Shown here in pieces: positions 35,872 through 36,196 of a DNA stretch of 36,196 nucleotides. Origin of the DNA: Octopus bimaculoides. Taxonomy: Eukaryota. The stretch is taken from contig NC_068983.1 in the NCBI RefSeq assembly GCF_001194135.2, positions 150,195,046-150,231,241 of the forward strand, in the 5' to 3' direction. The notes beneath the pieces are model-generated. The model ran no database searches, was not told the DNA's origin, and saw only the letters and a list, made by a program, of their open reading frames with translations. Position 1 is the stretch's first letter, and every line of letters begins with the position of its first letter. The translations under genes and the position numbers were made by a program.

Positions 35872-36196
35872 AATGTTCTGCGCCGTGAGGACCACAGACT
35901 CGAGGTATTTCGTGTTGCAAGACAGTGTAGGAGAGAGAATAGTGATGTTGTAGGAGAGAAATGTGTTCGCATGGATGATGGTATGCTTGCACTAAATGAG
36001 GCTGCAAAGAAAGAGGTCTGGAGATGCCACTACGATAGATTGCTTAATAAAGAGAATGAATGGGAGAAAGAGGGCCTGCCGTATGTCGACTCAACAGAGG
36101 GACCAGCTATTCGAGTTGACAGTACCAGGGTAGATAAAGCAATTAAGAGTATGAAGACAGGAAAAGCCCCCGGCCCATCAGGAATCACTGCAGAGA
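35872..36196 (+). mobile_element. RTE-clade LINE ORF2 fragment (linker before RT), open to the window end
   Basis: Stop-free NVLRREDHRLEVFRVARQC...KEVWRCHYDRLLNKENEW...KAIKSMKTGKAPGPSGITAE (KAPGPxGIxAE motif at the start of the RT region). Confidence 0.88.

Overview
AT-rich eukaryotic genomic DNA from a draft assembly, with N-gaps at 1948-1965 and 3410-3570. It is dense in (CA)n/(TA)n/(GA)n/(TATC)n microsatellites, tRNA-derived SINEs and decayed retroelements. The repeat landscape suggests an octopus/coleoid cephalopod genome (inference, not database-checked). No host protein-coding gene could be confidently identified; most ORF-track entries are microsatellite translations or noise. Recognisable coding remnants are all transposon-derived: a disrupted Ty3/Gypsy gag-protease-RT-RNaseH (23376-25717, no integrase), three RTE-type LINE fragments, an APE/RT LINE relic (5.7-8.3 kb) and L2/CR1-group fragments. 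The most notable unlisted signals are three type I hammerhead ribozyme motifs from two different repeat families, typical of Penelope-like elements/retrozymes. One is well formed (14775-14846, minus); two lie in a tandem-plus-inverted ~325-346 bp unit (1254-1793). Also noted: a 16-bp inverted repeat at the expected primer-binding position of the Gypsy element (possible self-priming), several long hairpins, MITEs, and a 142-bp direct repeat flanking a dispersed repeat.
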